A stretch of 64,000 nt of DNA from an uncultured SAR86 cluster bacterium (GTDB taxonomy: Bacteria > Pseudomonadota > Gammaproteobacteria > Magnimaribacterales > D2472), in assembly GCA_943846785.1 (NCBI GenBank), contig OX044367.1, positions 4,276-68,275 of the forward strand, given 5' to 3'. Numbering within the stretch: the stretch's first letter is position 1; every line of letters begins with the position of its first letter. The notes under the pieces were generated by a model. That model saw only the letters and a list, made by a program, of their open reading frames with translations, had not been told where the DNA came from and ran no database searches. Below, piece by piece: positions 31,557 to 40,856 of this stretch. Position numbers and translations under genes: made by a program.

Positions 31557-32130
31557 GGCTTGCCCATAAATAAAGACAAAGATAAGTTCTATAAGGAGCA
31601 TATTCTTTTACTGATGATGTGGCGTCAGCAAAAAAGCTTTTACACGCCTTATTAATTGCTAAATCTCCTGAAATAAATACATCCGCACTGCAAAGGTAGA
31701 ACATTTTCAATGAACACAAGGTCCATGGACCAACTCCTCTTATTTTTAAAAAGAAATTATCAATTTCAGATTCTTTCATTTCTAAAATCCTGTTAGCAGA
31801 TAGTGATTGTAATTCCTTGTTTTGTAAAATATCGAAAATATAAGATGCTTTCGGGCGAGAAAGTCCCTGTTCTCGTAATTGATCTTCAGAAAATGAATTT
31901 GTACTTTTTATATATTTGTAGGTTTTCAACCAAATTGATTTAGCAGCTTTAGTAGAGACCTGCTGGCTTATGATAGTTTTAATTAAAAATAAATCTATTG
32001 ATAAATTATGTGTTCTAGAAGTCAGAGATATGACTCTAGAGTTTACTAAGAACTTATGAAATTTTTTATGATTTTTCTGTTTTGAGATCTTTAAAAGAAA
32101 CTTATAAGCTAATTTTGCGTCATCCGCCAT
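31543..32130 (-). CDS. DNA-3-methyladenine glycosylase II-like HhH-GPD protein
   Basis: 195 aa with an HhH-GPD signature region: FLKIRGVGPWTLCSLKMFYL...VFISGDLAINKA. Confidence 0.7.
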   Translation of the reverse strand: MADDAKLAYKFLLKISKQKNHKKFHKFLVNSRVISLTSRTHNLSIDLFLIKTIISQQVSTKAAKSIWLKTYKYIKSTNSFSEDQLREQGLSRPKASYIFDILQNKELQSLSANRILEMKESEIDNFFLKIRGVGPWTLCSLKMFYLCSADVFISGDLAINKACKSFFADATSSVKEYAPYRTYLCLYLWASLNQT

Positions 32131-32845
32131 AATTCTTTAAGAGCATAATTTCATTTTCATTTAGTTCTTTAGTTTTTCCTTTTTGTAGTGTCGATGGAAG
32201 AAAGATTGGACCAAACCTTGTTCTTTTTAATCTGCTAACTTCTAGATCTAGTGCTTGAAATATCTTTCTTACTTCTCTATTTTTTCCACTTACTAAACAT
32301 ACTGAAAACCATTGATTGGTTCCATTTTTTTCGCCCTCTACAACATCTGTAAATTTATGAACCTCATCATCAATCAATATTCCTTTAAGCATTGTTTCTT
32401 TTTTTTCTGGCGTAAAATCACCGCGAGCTCTTACGAGATATTCTCTATCCAGAGTATTTGAGGGATGCATACAGTAATTTGCGAAGGAACCATCATTAGT
32501 AAATAACATTAATCCAGAGGTATTTATGTCTAATCGACCAATTGAGATCCAATTTCTTTGATTATAAGCATTTGGTAGATAGTCATAAACAATTGGAATT
32601 TTTTTCTCTCTTGCATTTGATGATAAGACTCCTTCAGGCTTATTTAAGATAATTACCTTTAAATCAGTCTCTTTTACTTGGATAACTTTACCTTCAAACT
32701 CAACAATATCCTGATTACTTACTGTTGCTCCAATCTTTGCAAGATTTCCATTAAGAGAAACCTTCCCTTCTTTAATTAATACCTCGCAAGCTCGTCTCGA
32801 GCCGATGCCAGCTCTAGCAAGATATTTTTGCAATCTTTCTGACAT
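32120..32845 (-). CDS. rluB: 23S rRNA pseudouridine synthase RluB-type (S4 domain + RsuA/RluB catalytic domain)
   Basis: MSERLQKYLARAGIGSRRACEVLIKEGKVSLNG (S4) and GRLDINTSGLMLFTNDG (catalytic Asp motif). The position after scpAB is as in many gammaproteobacteria. Confidence 0.85.
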   Translation of the reverse strand: MSERLQKYLARAGIGSRRACEVLIKEGKVSLNGNLAKIGATVSNQDIVEFEGKVIQVKETDLKVIILNKPEGVLSSNAREKKIPIVYDYLPNAYNQRNWISIGRLDINTSGLMLFTNDGSFANYCMHPSNTLDREYLVRARGDFTPEKKETMLKGILIDDEVHKFTDVVEGEKNGTNQWFSVCLVSGKNREVRKIFQALDLEVSRLKRTRFGPIFLPSTLQKGKTKELNENEIMLLKNYGG

Positions 32846-32856
32846 ACTCGGTTTAT

Positions 32857-33414
32857 TTAAACAACTTCAGATAAGACTTGAGTATCTGAATCTTCGTCTA
32901 TTTCAGGAAGCTCTGGAAGGCTTGAAATATTCTTAAGGTTTAAATCATCTAAAAATTCCTTTGTGGTTGAGTATAAAGCAGGTCTTCCAGGAGCATCTTT
33001 AAAACCAGTAACCTTTATCCAGTTTCTTTCAAGTAATGATCTAACACTTTGAGTACTAACACTGACACCTCTAATATCTTCAATATCACCTCTAGTAACA
33101 GGTTGTTTATATGCAATGATAGAAATTGTTTCCATCAAAGCTTTTGAGATTCTTGGAGTTCTTTCATTCCATAAATGAGTAATTGGGGCACTATAAGATT
33201 GTTTAATTTGCAACCTAAAACCTGATGCTACTTCAATGATTTCTAAAGATGATGCCTCATATCTATGCTCAAGCTCATTAATGCATTTTTTAATATCAGA
33301 TAGTTCTGCAATTACTCCGTCTGACTCCAATAGTCCTCTTATTTCAGAAAGTCTAAGTGGTCTTCCAGCACCAAATAATAATGCTTCAACTGTATTCACT
33401 GTTTGTATATTCAA
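32857..33414 (-). CDS. scpB: Segregation and condensation protein B
   Basis: 185 aa: VEALLFGAGRPLRLSEI...IIAYKQPVTRGDIEDIRGVSV... (tandem wHTH ScpB pattern). Confidence 0.9.
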   Translation of the reverse strand: MNIQTVNTVEALLFGAGRPLRLSEIRGLLESDGVIAELSDIKKCINELEHRYEASSLEIIEVASGFRLQIKQSYSAPITHLWNERTPRISKALMETISIIAYKQPVTRGDIEDIRGVSVSTQSVRSLLERNWIKVTGFKDAPGRPALYSTTKEFLDDLNLKNISSLPELPEIDEDSDTQVLSEVV

Positions 33415-33416
33415 TT

Positions 33417-34217
33417 TTAAGCTCCTCTAAGAGATTTTAGAAAAATTTCATCTGTTTTATTTTGAATCAATTCAACATGCCCATCTTTAGCTAACTCTAA
33501 AGAAGCTAAAAAAGTAACAACCACCCCATGCCTGCCTTCGGCTTTTCTTAATGTTTTTGAAAAACTTACTACATTTCTTTTTGCTAGGATTTCCATGATT
33601 ATTTGAATACGTTCTTGTGTAGACAATTCTTCAAAATCTATTTGATGACTTAATTTTAAATCAGGCCTTGATTTTATTTCGTAAAAAATAGAGGCTAGTT
33701 CTTCTTTTGTGATGAATATTTCTTTTTTTTCAATCTTTATCTCAGGCAGAGCTGCTGATGCTGTATAAAAATCTCTATCTACTCTTGGAAGTAAAGCTAG
33801 TTTTTCTGATGCAAGCTTATATCTTTGATACTCTTGCAATCTTTTAATTAATGCTGATTTTGGATCTTCCTCCTCATCATCATGTATTTCTCTTGGGAGC
33901 ATCATCCGAGATTTAATTTCTGCCAACGTTGCAGCCATTACTAAATATTCTGCAGCTAACTCAAATTGTAAAGCATCCATTAAATCAATATATTCGATGT
34001 ACTGATCGGTAATATTAGAAACATCTAACTCAAGAATATTAATATTTTCTTTTTTAATGAGATAAAGAAGAAGATCCATTGGACCTGAGAATGTTTCTAA
34101 GCAGAGCTCTAAGGCATTAGGCGGTATAAATAAATCCTCAGGGAGTGTTTCATAGGGCTGGCCCATGACCATCGGAAACTCTAATTGTGTTTGAGTAGTA
34201 TTTTGCATGATAAACAC
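33417..34217 (-). CDS. scpA: Segregation and condensation protein A (kleisin)
   Basis: 266 aa: ...FSGPMDLLLYLIKKENINILELDVSNITDQYIEYI.... Lies directly upstream of scpB. Confidence 0.9.
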   Translation of the reverse strand: MFIMQNTTQTQLEFPMVMGQPYETLPEDLFIPPNALELCLETFSGPMDLLLYLIKKENINILELDVSNITDQYIEYIDLMDALQFELAAEYLVMAATLAEIKSRMMLPREIHDDEEEDPKSALIKRLQEYQRYKLASEKLALLPRVDRDFYTASAALPEIKIEKKEIFITKEELASIFYEIKSRPDLKLSHQIDFEELSTQERIQIIMEILAKRNVVSFSKTLRKAEGRHGVVVTFLASLELAKDGHVELIQNKTDEIFLKSLRGA

Positions 34218-34392
34218 TACATAGTGTAAGTTTTAAAGCTTATTAATACAACATATAGTGTATGTATAACAACAAAATAATTTTTAAAAAGAAGAGTAAA
34301 GATTATTTTAAGTATCTTTTTTTAATAATACCTACTATTTTAATTTCATTCATTTAATATTGATGACGTGAATATTTAAAACTAATTGATAA

Positions 34393-35442
34393 ATGAACTA
34401 CTCAACAGATAATACAAGAATAATTGATAGAAAAAAGGTCCCTGCACCCTACGAGCTTGTTAATAAACTTCCAATTGACGATGCAATTTCAAAATTAGTT
34501 TATGGGACTAGACAAGAAATAAGTCAGATACTTCATAACAAAGATGATAGATTGCTTGTGGTTGTTGGGCCCTGCTCAATTCATGATCCAGATAGCGCCA
34601 TTGAATATGCTAAAAAATTAATTGAGCAGAATATAAAATATAAAGAAGAGCTCCTTATCGTTATGAGGGTTTATTTTGAAAAACCCAGAACAACAGTTGG
34701 CTGGAAAGGCTTGATAAATGATCCTGATTTAAATGAGACATATAATATTGGCAAGGGTGTCGAAATGGCAAGAAAGCTTCTTATAGACTTGGCAAGATTA
34801 AACCTTCCTGCAGGCACTGAATTCCTAGATCCAATTTCTCCTCAGTATATTACAGACATAATATCTTGGGGTGCGATAGGTGCCAGAACTGCAGAAAGCC
34901 AGATTCACAGAGAGTTAGCTTCAGGTTTGTCATGCCCAATAGGTATAAAAAATGGTACTGATGGAAGCCTAAAAGCTGCGATTGATGGAATTCAGGCAGC
35001 AAATCATTCACATGTATTTTTAGGCGCTACAAAAGAAGCCGATATTGCTATGCTTAAGACTGCAGGAAATAATGACAGTCATATAATATTAAGAGGTGGT
35101 AAAGAACCAAATTTTGATGCTGAATCGGTTGCATCAACGCTCTCTGCACTCAAGGAAGCTGAGGTTAATGAATCAATCATGATTGATGCAAGTCATGGTA
35201 ATAGTCAAAAACAATTTAAAAAACAAATATCTGTTGTAGATACAATATCTCAACAAATTGAGGCAGGTAATAAAAATATAACTGGTGTAATGATAGAAAG
35301 TCATCTCGTTGAAGGTAACCAAAAAATTACAGACAGCCTCAATTATGGACAAAGCATAACCGATGCATGTATTGGATGGGATGATACGATTACTTGCCTT
35401 GATAGCCTTAGTAGTGCTGTTAAAAAAAGGAGAGGTTTGTAG
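34393..35442 (+). CDS. 3-deoxy-7-phosphoheptulonate (DAHP) synthase, class I
   Basis: Intact 349 aa: ...LLVVVGPCSIHD...YFEKPRTTVGWKGLINDP...IGARTAESQIHRELASGLS...IDASHGNS. Confidence 0.95.
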   Translation: MNYSTDNTRIIDRKKVPAPYELVNKLPIDDAISKLVYGTRQEISQILHNKDDRLLVVVGPCSIHDPDSAIEYAKKLIEQNIKYKEELLIVMRVYFEKPRTTVGWKGLINDPDLNETYNIGKGVEMARKLLIDLARLNLPAGTEFLDPISPQYITDIISWGAIGARTAESQIHRELASGLSCPIGIKNGTDGSLKAAIDGIQAANHSHVFLGATKEADIAMLKTAGNNDSHIILRGGKEPNFDAESVASTLSALKEAEVNESIMIDASHGNSQKQFKKQISVVDTISQQIEAGNKNITGVMIESHLVEGNQKITDSLNYGQSITDACIGWDDTITCLDSLSSAVKKRRGL

Positions 35443-35446
35443 AGCA

Positions 35447-36235
35447 TTGAAAGGTTCTGAAAAAATTTTTTTCTCTAAAGACGTTGCTGAAACACTTGGA
35501 ATTGAGTCGGCAATAATATTAGAGTTATATCAAACTCAAAAAATATCTCATTCAAATGATTTAGAAGCTATAAAGAAATCTTTAGTAGAAGTTGCTCCTT
35601 TTTTAGATCAAAAGAATTTAGAAGAGAATATTAATAAATTAGTAAAATATAAATTTATAAACGCCATTAAAAAAATAGGTGGCTTTAATGTCCAAGAAGC
35701 GCCTACTAATAATTCGCAAAAAAATAAAATCACATCAGAATGGAACCCATCTAAAGAAGCAATTGAGATTCTTCAAATGAGCCAAATTGAAGAAGATTTT
35801 TATTATAAAAAACTTCAAGAATTTAAATTATATTGGATAGAGAGAGGACAAGAAAGGAATAACTGGAACACCTCATATATTGATTATATTAGGAGGGAAT
35901 GGGCTAAAGAAAAAAGCTCTAATAAAGGCCTACCATACGTATTAGATACAAACTGGACACCAAGTGATGATGTGTTTGATATCCTTGAATTATCTGAAAT
36001 ATCAAAAGAATCAGCTTCAAGATACTTAAGAGAGTTTATACTGTACTGGAAAGAAAATGGCTCAGCCTTTACAACATGGAATTCAAAATTTATAGAACAT
36101 GTTAAAAGAAGGCATCTAGGCAATCAAAATCAAAACAATGAAGAAAGTAAAAAACATACTGAACCAGGAAAGTACACAAAGGACTTTACATCAAGAAAAA
36201 GTGACTCATCCTGGGCATCAGAAATTGAACTCTAA
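35447..36235 (+). CDS. wHTH + two tandem DnaT-like C-terminal domains (replication/primosome-associated protein candidate); start uncertain
   Basis: The track ORF begins at 35363 inside the DAHP synthase gene. The first plausible start after its stop is TTG 35447, preceded by AGGAGAGG. The N-terminal FSKDVAETLGIESAIILELYQ is wHTH-like. Two repeats (nt 35741-35902 and 35954-36112) read WNPSKEAIEILQMSQIEEDFYYKKLQEFKLYWIERGQERNNWNTSYIDYIRREW and WTPSDDVFDILELSEISKESASRYLREFILYWKENGSAFTTWNSKFIEHVKRR. Confidence 0.55.
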   Translation: MKGSEKIFFSKDVAETLGIESAIILELYQTQKISHSNDLEAIKKSLVEVAPFLDQKNLEENINKLVKYKFINAIKKIGGFNVQEAPTNNSQKNKITSEWNPSKEAIEILQMSQIEEDFYYKKLQEFKLYWIERGQERNNWNTSYIDYIRREWAKEKSSNKGLPYVLDTNWTPSDDVFDILELSEISKESASRYLREFILYWKENGSAFTTWNSKFIEHVKRRHLGNQNQNNEESKKHTEPGKYTKDFTSRKSDSSWASEIEL

Positions 36236-36782
36236 TAAAAAAGAATTTATAGATTCAATAGATAATCTATTTTTGAAGCTGGAGCTTGCGTATCACTATC
36301 AATTTTATAAAGTATTTGGAACAGATGAGCGATTAAGTGAAGGTAAAAAACTATGGGCTGTAAGTTTAAAAAGCTTTTCATTAGAAACTATTGCACAAGC
36401 TATTGAAAACGTAATCGGATCACAATCCTATCTTCCTACTCTTACAGATATTGTTAAGGCTTGCTCAGAAATAAATAGTTATGATGGCTTTCCATCAGTT
36501 GAGGAGGCCTACATTGAAGCACGAAAATCCTTTTCTCCAAGACAGCAATATCCATGGAGCCATCCTATTGTTTACTTTACTGGTAAGAAGATAGGTTGGA
36601 ATTTATTAGATGAGAGAGATAGTAAAGAGCTATTTCATTCCTTTAAGAAAATTTTTAATAGATACAAAAAAAATGCTGTGGATGGTGTAGAGTTTAAAAT
36701 TGAGCCCATAAAAGAAATACCTCAATCTAAGCCTTTAAATAAAAAACTATTTGAAAGTTTAAGAAAGAAACATAAGGTTTAA
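36138..36782 (+). CDS. Phage lambda replication protein P-like protein (helicase-loader family candidate); start uncertain
   Basis: 214-aa ORF. YLPTLTDIVKACSE...GFPSVEEAYIEARKSF...QQYPWSHPIVYFTGKKIGWNLL parallels, from memory, lambda P ...FLPSPGQFVAWCREE...GLPNVSELVDMVYEYC...ESYPWKSNAHYWLVTNLYQNM. The ATG at 36138 overlaps the upstream ORF by 98 nt; an in-frame TTG near 36224 is an alternative start. Confidence 0.55.
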   Translation: MKKVKNILNQESTQRTLHQEKVTHPGHQKLNSNKKEFIDSIDNLFLKLELAYHYQFYKVFGTDERLSEGKKLWAVSLKSFSLETIAQAIENVIGSQSYLPTLTDIVKACSEINSYDGFPSVEEAYIEARKSFSPRQQYPWSHPIVYFTGKKIGWNLLDERDSKELFHSFKKIFNRYKKNAVDGVEFKIEPIKEIPQSKPLNKKLFESLRKKHKV

Positions 36783-36863
36783 CTAATTAAATATTTACCC
36801 TTCATTCATAGAGTAGTATCATATGATGTATGCAGTGTAAACATTATGACTAATTATTAAGAT

Positions 36864-37733
36864 ATGACTAAAAATATAAGAGTATCGCTATACATTTTCA
36901 TCCCTGTTCTGCTATGGATGCTATCAGGCTTCCTAGTAAATGAGGTCGAAGATGCTGACACTTTAGAAACCAATCTTTTTAAAGTAGGCAGTAAATTAAG
37001 TAATGCTATTTCATATCAACCATCAATCAAATTAAAAGCAACCTCTCGATCAGAAGCAAGAGTTAATGTAAGGGCAAAAACATCAGGAGAAGTTGTTAAA
37101 ATTGGTGCTACTCAGGGACAATTTATTAATAAAGGATCAATTTTATGCAGTCTAGGTGTAGTTGAATTAAATAGAACTGAAGTTAAGGCTCCTTTTTCAG
37201 GCTATATTGAACAAATTGTGAAGCCAGGTAATTTTTTAGAAAGAGGTCAAAACTGCGCAACAATTATTCAACTAAATCCAATTATATTTGTTGCCGAGGT
37301 TCCTGAATTTAGCATTAATAAGATTGAAACTGGTCAAGAGGTTTCTATGAAACTTGTTACAGGGGAATTATTAAAAGGAAATTTAACTTTTGTTTCTAAA
37401 AGTGCATCGCCCTCAACAAGAACTTTTAAGGTTGAATCACAAATACCAAATAAAGATGGCGAGGTAAGAGATGGCATTACTGCTGAAATGACTATTAAGA
37501 CAAAAATAGTTAAAGCTCATAAAATTTCACCTTCAATATTGCTATTGAATGATGCAGGTATAGTTGGTGTGAGATCAATTAAAGATAATATTGTGAAATT
37601 TAATGAAGTGATAATACTTGAAGACTCAGAGTCAGGATTATGGATTACCGGATTACCAGAAACCCTTGAATTAATTGTTCAAGGTCAAGGCTTTGTAGAA
37701 GATGGTCAAAAGGTAATATCTGACAGGTTATGA
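36864..37733 (+). CDS. RND efflux periplasmic adaptor (membrane fusion protein)
   Basis: 289 aa with an N-terminal TM/signal anchor, lipoyl-like and beta-barrel segments (VRAKTSGEVVKIGATQGQFINKGSILCSL...VKAPFSGYIEQIV). The stop overlaps the RND pump start (ATGA). Confidence 0.85.
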   Translation: MTKNIRVSLYIFIPVLLWMLSGFLVNEVEDADTLETNLFKVGSKLSNAISYQPSIKLKATSRSEARVNVRAKTSGEVVKIGATQGQFINKGSILCSLGVVELNRTEVKAPFSGYIEQIVKPGNFLERGQNCATIIQLNPIIFVAEVPEFSINKIETGQEVSMKLVTGELLKGNLTFVSKSASPSTRTFKVESQIPNKDGEVRDGITAEMTIKTKIVKAHKISPSILLLNDAGIVGVRSIKDNIVKFNEVIILEDSESGLWITGLPETLELIVQGQGFVEDGQKVISDRL

Positions 37734-40700
37734 CTAAAATTGTAGATTTTGCTTTATCTAAAGCAAAAACAACTCTGATGATCGCATTTATGATCATCAT
37801 TGCAGGCTCTTATGCGAGACAAGAAATATCTATTGCAGCCTCTCCTAATGTTCAGCTTCCATTTATAAGTGTATCTGTATATTTAGATGGTGCTTCTCCA
37901 AATGATACTTCAAGGCTTATAGCAAAACCTTTAGAAAATAGACTTATGACAATCACTGGTGTTAAAAACATCAGCTCTAGAAGTGTTCTAAGTTTTGCTA
38001 GAATTTTTTTAGAATTTGAAGTTGGATATGATATGGATAAGGCTTTGGTTGATATCAAGCAAGCCGTTGAAGAAACCAAGTATGAGCTTCCTAGGGAAGC
38101 TGAAGATCCACAAATATCAGAATATTCTGAGGCAAGCTTTCCTGTAATGAATATTAGTATTGTTGGAAAAAGTTCTATTAGACAAAAGGTTTTTTATGCA
38201 AAAGATTTAAAAGATAAAATAGAGGGAATTGAAGAAATTCTTGAAGCTAATCTTTCAGGAGCACCTGAGGAAGTTCTTGAAGGTGTTATTAATAAATCTC
38301 GTATGGAGTCATACGGAGTAACGCTTAGCGATATTTACTACTCTGTTGCTAATAACAATCTTATTATTCCTGGTGGCACTCAAGATACAGGCAAAGGTAG
38401 TTTTAATATAGAGGTGCCAAGTGTTATAGAGTCTGCTCAAGACGTCTATTCTATTCCAATCAAGGTTACAGAAGATGCAATAGTTACTTTAGGTGATATA
38501 GCAGACATTAAGAGGACATTTAAAGATTTTACTTCCTATGCAAGAGTAAATGGCTTAGATGCTGTAACCCTCGAAGTACGTTTAAGAGAGGGAGCAAATG
38601 CAATTGATGCATCTAATGACATTCGTAATATTTTAGAAGAGTATAAAAAGACTCTGCCTGAGAACTTAAAGATTTTAATATCAGATGATGATACTGTTTA
38701 TGCTATTGAAATGGTGAAAGAACTGAATGGCAATATTATTACTGCTGTTGTTCTTATCATGGTGCTTGTTATTGCAAGCATGGGCTTCAGGGTATCTATG
38801 TTAGTTGGTCTTTCAATACCATTCTGTTTTTTATTTACTTATTTAACATTTTATTCTTTTGGTATGGAAATTAATTTTCTAGTCATGATGGGTTTATTGC
38901 TAGGGATGGGAATGTTAATTGATGGAGCAATTGTTATAACTGAATATGCTGATAAAAAAATTAGTGAGGGTCTTTCAAGATCTGAAGGCTACAAAATGTC
39001 ATCAAAAAGAATGTTTTATCCAATTCTTGCCTCAACAGGTACAACTATGGCAGCATTTATTCCTGTTATGCTTTGGCCTGGTTTCACTGGACAGTTCATG
39101 CGATATCTTCCTATTACCGTTTTTACTGTCTTGATAGGTTCATTATTATATTCGTTAGTTTTAATACCAGTTTTGGGTACCTATCTAGGGCAAACAGAAT
39201 CTACTCTTAATAAAAAAGAAAAGAGAGAGTCAATATTTAAAAAATTGACAGAACTTTATGGAAAACGTATTTCAAAATTTGTTAAAAATCCAGTTGAGAC
39301 ATGTTTAGCAGTATTTTCTCTTCTACTACTAATTATTATGAGCTATTCATATTTTGGTAAAGGTACTATCTATTTTGCTCTTGTTGATCCTGTTCAGGCT
39401 GAGGTAACAATTAAAGCTAGAGGAAATTATTCTGCTCTTGAGACTAAAGAAATTGTTGAGAAAGTTGAAGAGAGATTTCTAGCTGTAGAAGGCTTAAGTA
39501 GTGTCTACTTAAGGGCTGGTACCGAGTGGTGGAACTCTGGTGCAGACAAGATAGGTGGAGGTTTTATCGAAGTAGCTCCAGCTGCTAACAGAACAAGATC
39601 AGGCCTTGAAATAATGGAATCATTGAATGAATCAGTAAACAATCTTCCTGGAATATTTGTTGAGATTAAGGCTGATATTGGAGGGCCTTCTTTTGACACT
39701 CCAATAGAATTGGACATATTGGGCAACTCAGAATTTGCAGTAAATCGTGCGGTTGATGAGGTTGAAAGCTATCTCAGGAATGAAGTAACTGGATTGATTA
39801 ATATAACATCGACTAAGCCCTACCCCTCAGTAGAATGGAGTGTAGAAGTGGACAAACAAAAGGCAGCACAACTTGGAGTGAGTGTTGTAGATGTGGGAGC
39901 TCTAGTTCAAATGCTAACAAATGGTTATAAAGTAGGAGAATACAGACCTGATGATTCAAGAGATGAAGTAGAAATTAGAGCAAGGTTTCCTGAATCCGAT
40001 AGAACCATCACAGGTATACAAAATCTTAATGTAACGACTCTTAAAGGATTAGTTCCAGTAAGCTCTTTTATATCTGTAATCCCTAAAGAAAATAGACAGA
40101 CTATTAATAGAAGAAATGGTAAATTTTCACATGAAATTGGGGCTGCTACACTTGATGAATCTGAAGTTTCTGCAAAGGTTCAAGAAATTGATCAGTGGCT
40201 TCAAAAAAAGGATCTAGGACAAGGTGTTACATATAAATTTTCTGGCATGGCAGAAGAAACAGAAGAAGTTAATAACTTTATGATTGCAGCTGGAATAATG
40301 GCGGTTTTTATTATGCTTGTAATGCTGCTTACACAATTTAATAGTTTCTATCAATCATTCATAATACTAACATCTGTAACTATTTCATTTGTTGGGGTTC
40401 TTTTAGGTCTTTTAATTACAGGCAAGCCTTTTAGTACTACCATGACTGGACTTTCAATAGTGACTTTAGCTGGAATTGTGGTTAATAATAATATTGTATT
40501 AATTGATACTTTCAATAAATTAAGATCAGAATCTCCACATATAGAACAGTCTGAACATATCATTAATGCATGCAAACAGAGACTTAGACCTATCTTATTA
40601 ACCTCTTTAACTACTATATTTGGTCTCTTACCTTTGGCAATGGGATTAAGTGTAGATATTATTGCTAGAGATATAATTGTAGGGAGTAGAATTGTTGACT

Positions 40701-40840
40701 GGTGGTCAAATTTGGCAGTTTCAATTGTATTTGGTCTTGGTTTTAGTACCTTTATAACTCTAATACTAACTCCAGCGGTATTAGCACTTCCATACGCTTT
40801 AAAAAATGATTTTAAAAAAATTTTTAAAGCAGTCAATTAA
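37730..40840 (+). CDS. RND family efflux transporter permease (AcrB/AcrD/AcrF family)
   Basis: Intact 1036 aa with a 12-TM, two-large-loop architecture. Typical sequences include ...GMLIDGAIVITEY... and ...GIVVNNNIVLIDTFN.... Confidence 0.95.
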   Translation: MTKIVDFALSKAKTTLMIAFMIIIAGSYARQEISIAASPNVQLPFISVSVYLDGASPNDTSRLIAKPLENRLMTITGVKNISSRSVLSFARIFLEFEVGYDMDKALVDIKQAVEETKYELPREAEDPQISEYSEASFPVMNISIVGKSSIRQKVFYAKDLKDKIEGIEEILEANLSGAPEEVLEGVINKSRMESYGVTLSDIYYSVANNNLIIPGGTQDTGKGSFNIEVPSVIESAQDVYSIPIKVTEDAIVTLGDIADIKRTFKDFTSYARVNGLDAVTLEVRLREGANAIDASNDIRNILEEYKKTLPENLKILISDDDTVYAIEMVKELNGNIITAVVLIMVLVIASMGFRVSMLVGLSIPFCFLFTYLTFYSFGMEINFLVMMGLLLGMGMLIDGAIVITEYADKKISEGLSRSEGYKMSSKRMFYPILASTGTTMAAFIPVMLWPGFTGQFMRYLPITVFTVLIGSLLYSLVLIPVLGTYLGQTESTLNKKEKRESIFKKLTELYGKRISKFVKNPVETCLAVFSLLLLIIMSYSYFGKGTIYFALVDPVQAEVTIKARGNYSALETKEIVEKVEERFLAVEGLSSVYLRAGTEWWNSGADKIGGGFIEVAPAANRTRSGLEIMESLNESVNNLPGIFVEIKADIGGPSFDTPIELDILGNSEFAVNRAVDEVESYLRNEVTGLINITSTKPYPSVEWSVEVDKQKAAQLGVSVVDVGALVQMLTNGYKVGEYRPDDSRDEVEIRARFPESDRTITGIQNLNVTTLKGLVPVSSFISVIPKENRQTINRRNGKFSHEIGAATLDESEVSAKVQEIDQWLQKKDLGQGVTYKFSGMAEETEEVNNFMIAAGIMAVFIMLVMLLTQFNSFYQSFIILTSVTISFVGVLLGLLITGKPFSTTMTGLSIVTLAGIVVNNNIVLIDTFNKLRSESPHIEQSEHIINACKQRLRPILLTSLTTIFGLLPLAMGLSVDIIARDIIVGSRIVDWWSNLAVSIVFGLGFSTFITLILTPAVLALPYALKNDFKKIFKAVN

Positions 40841-40856
40841 TAAATTACAATAAAGC

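Noticed and set aside
34218-34392. Possible TyrR-box-like or repeated ACATAGTGTA / ACATATAGTGTATGTA motifs in the scpA/DAHP-synthase divergent spacer.
   Set aside because: They do not fit the TGTAAA-N6-TTTACA consensus. The imperfect repeat is short, and in DNA this AT-rich it could be chance. No regulator gene is nearby.
35363-36782. Interpreting the lambda-P-like/DnaT-like pair as a prophage remnant or mobile element.
   Set aside because: No integrase, recombinase, repressor, structural or lysis gene, direct repeat or tRNA border is present within 10 kb on either side. The flanks are core metabolic and efflux genes with normal spacing. A very old domesticated remnant remains possible and is what the finding proposes.
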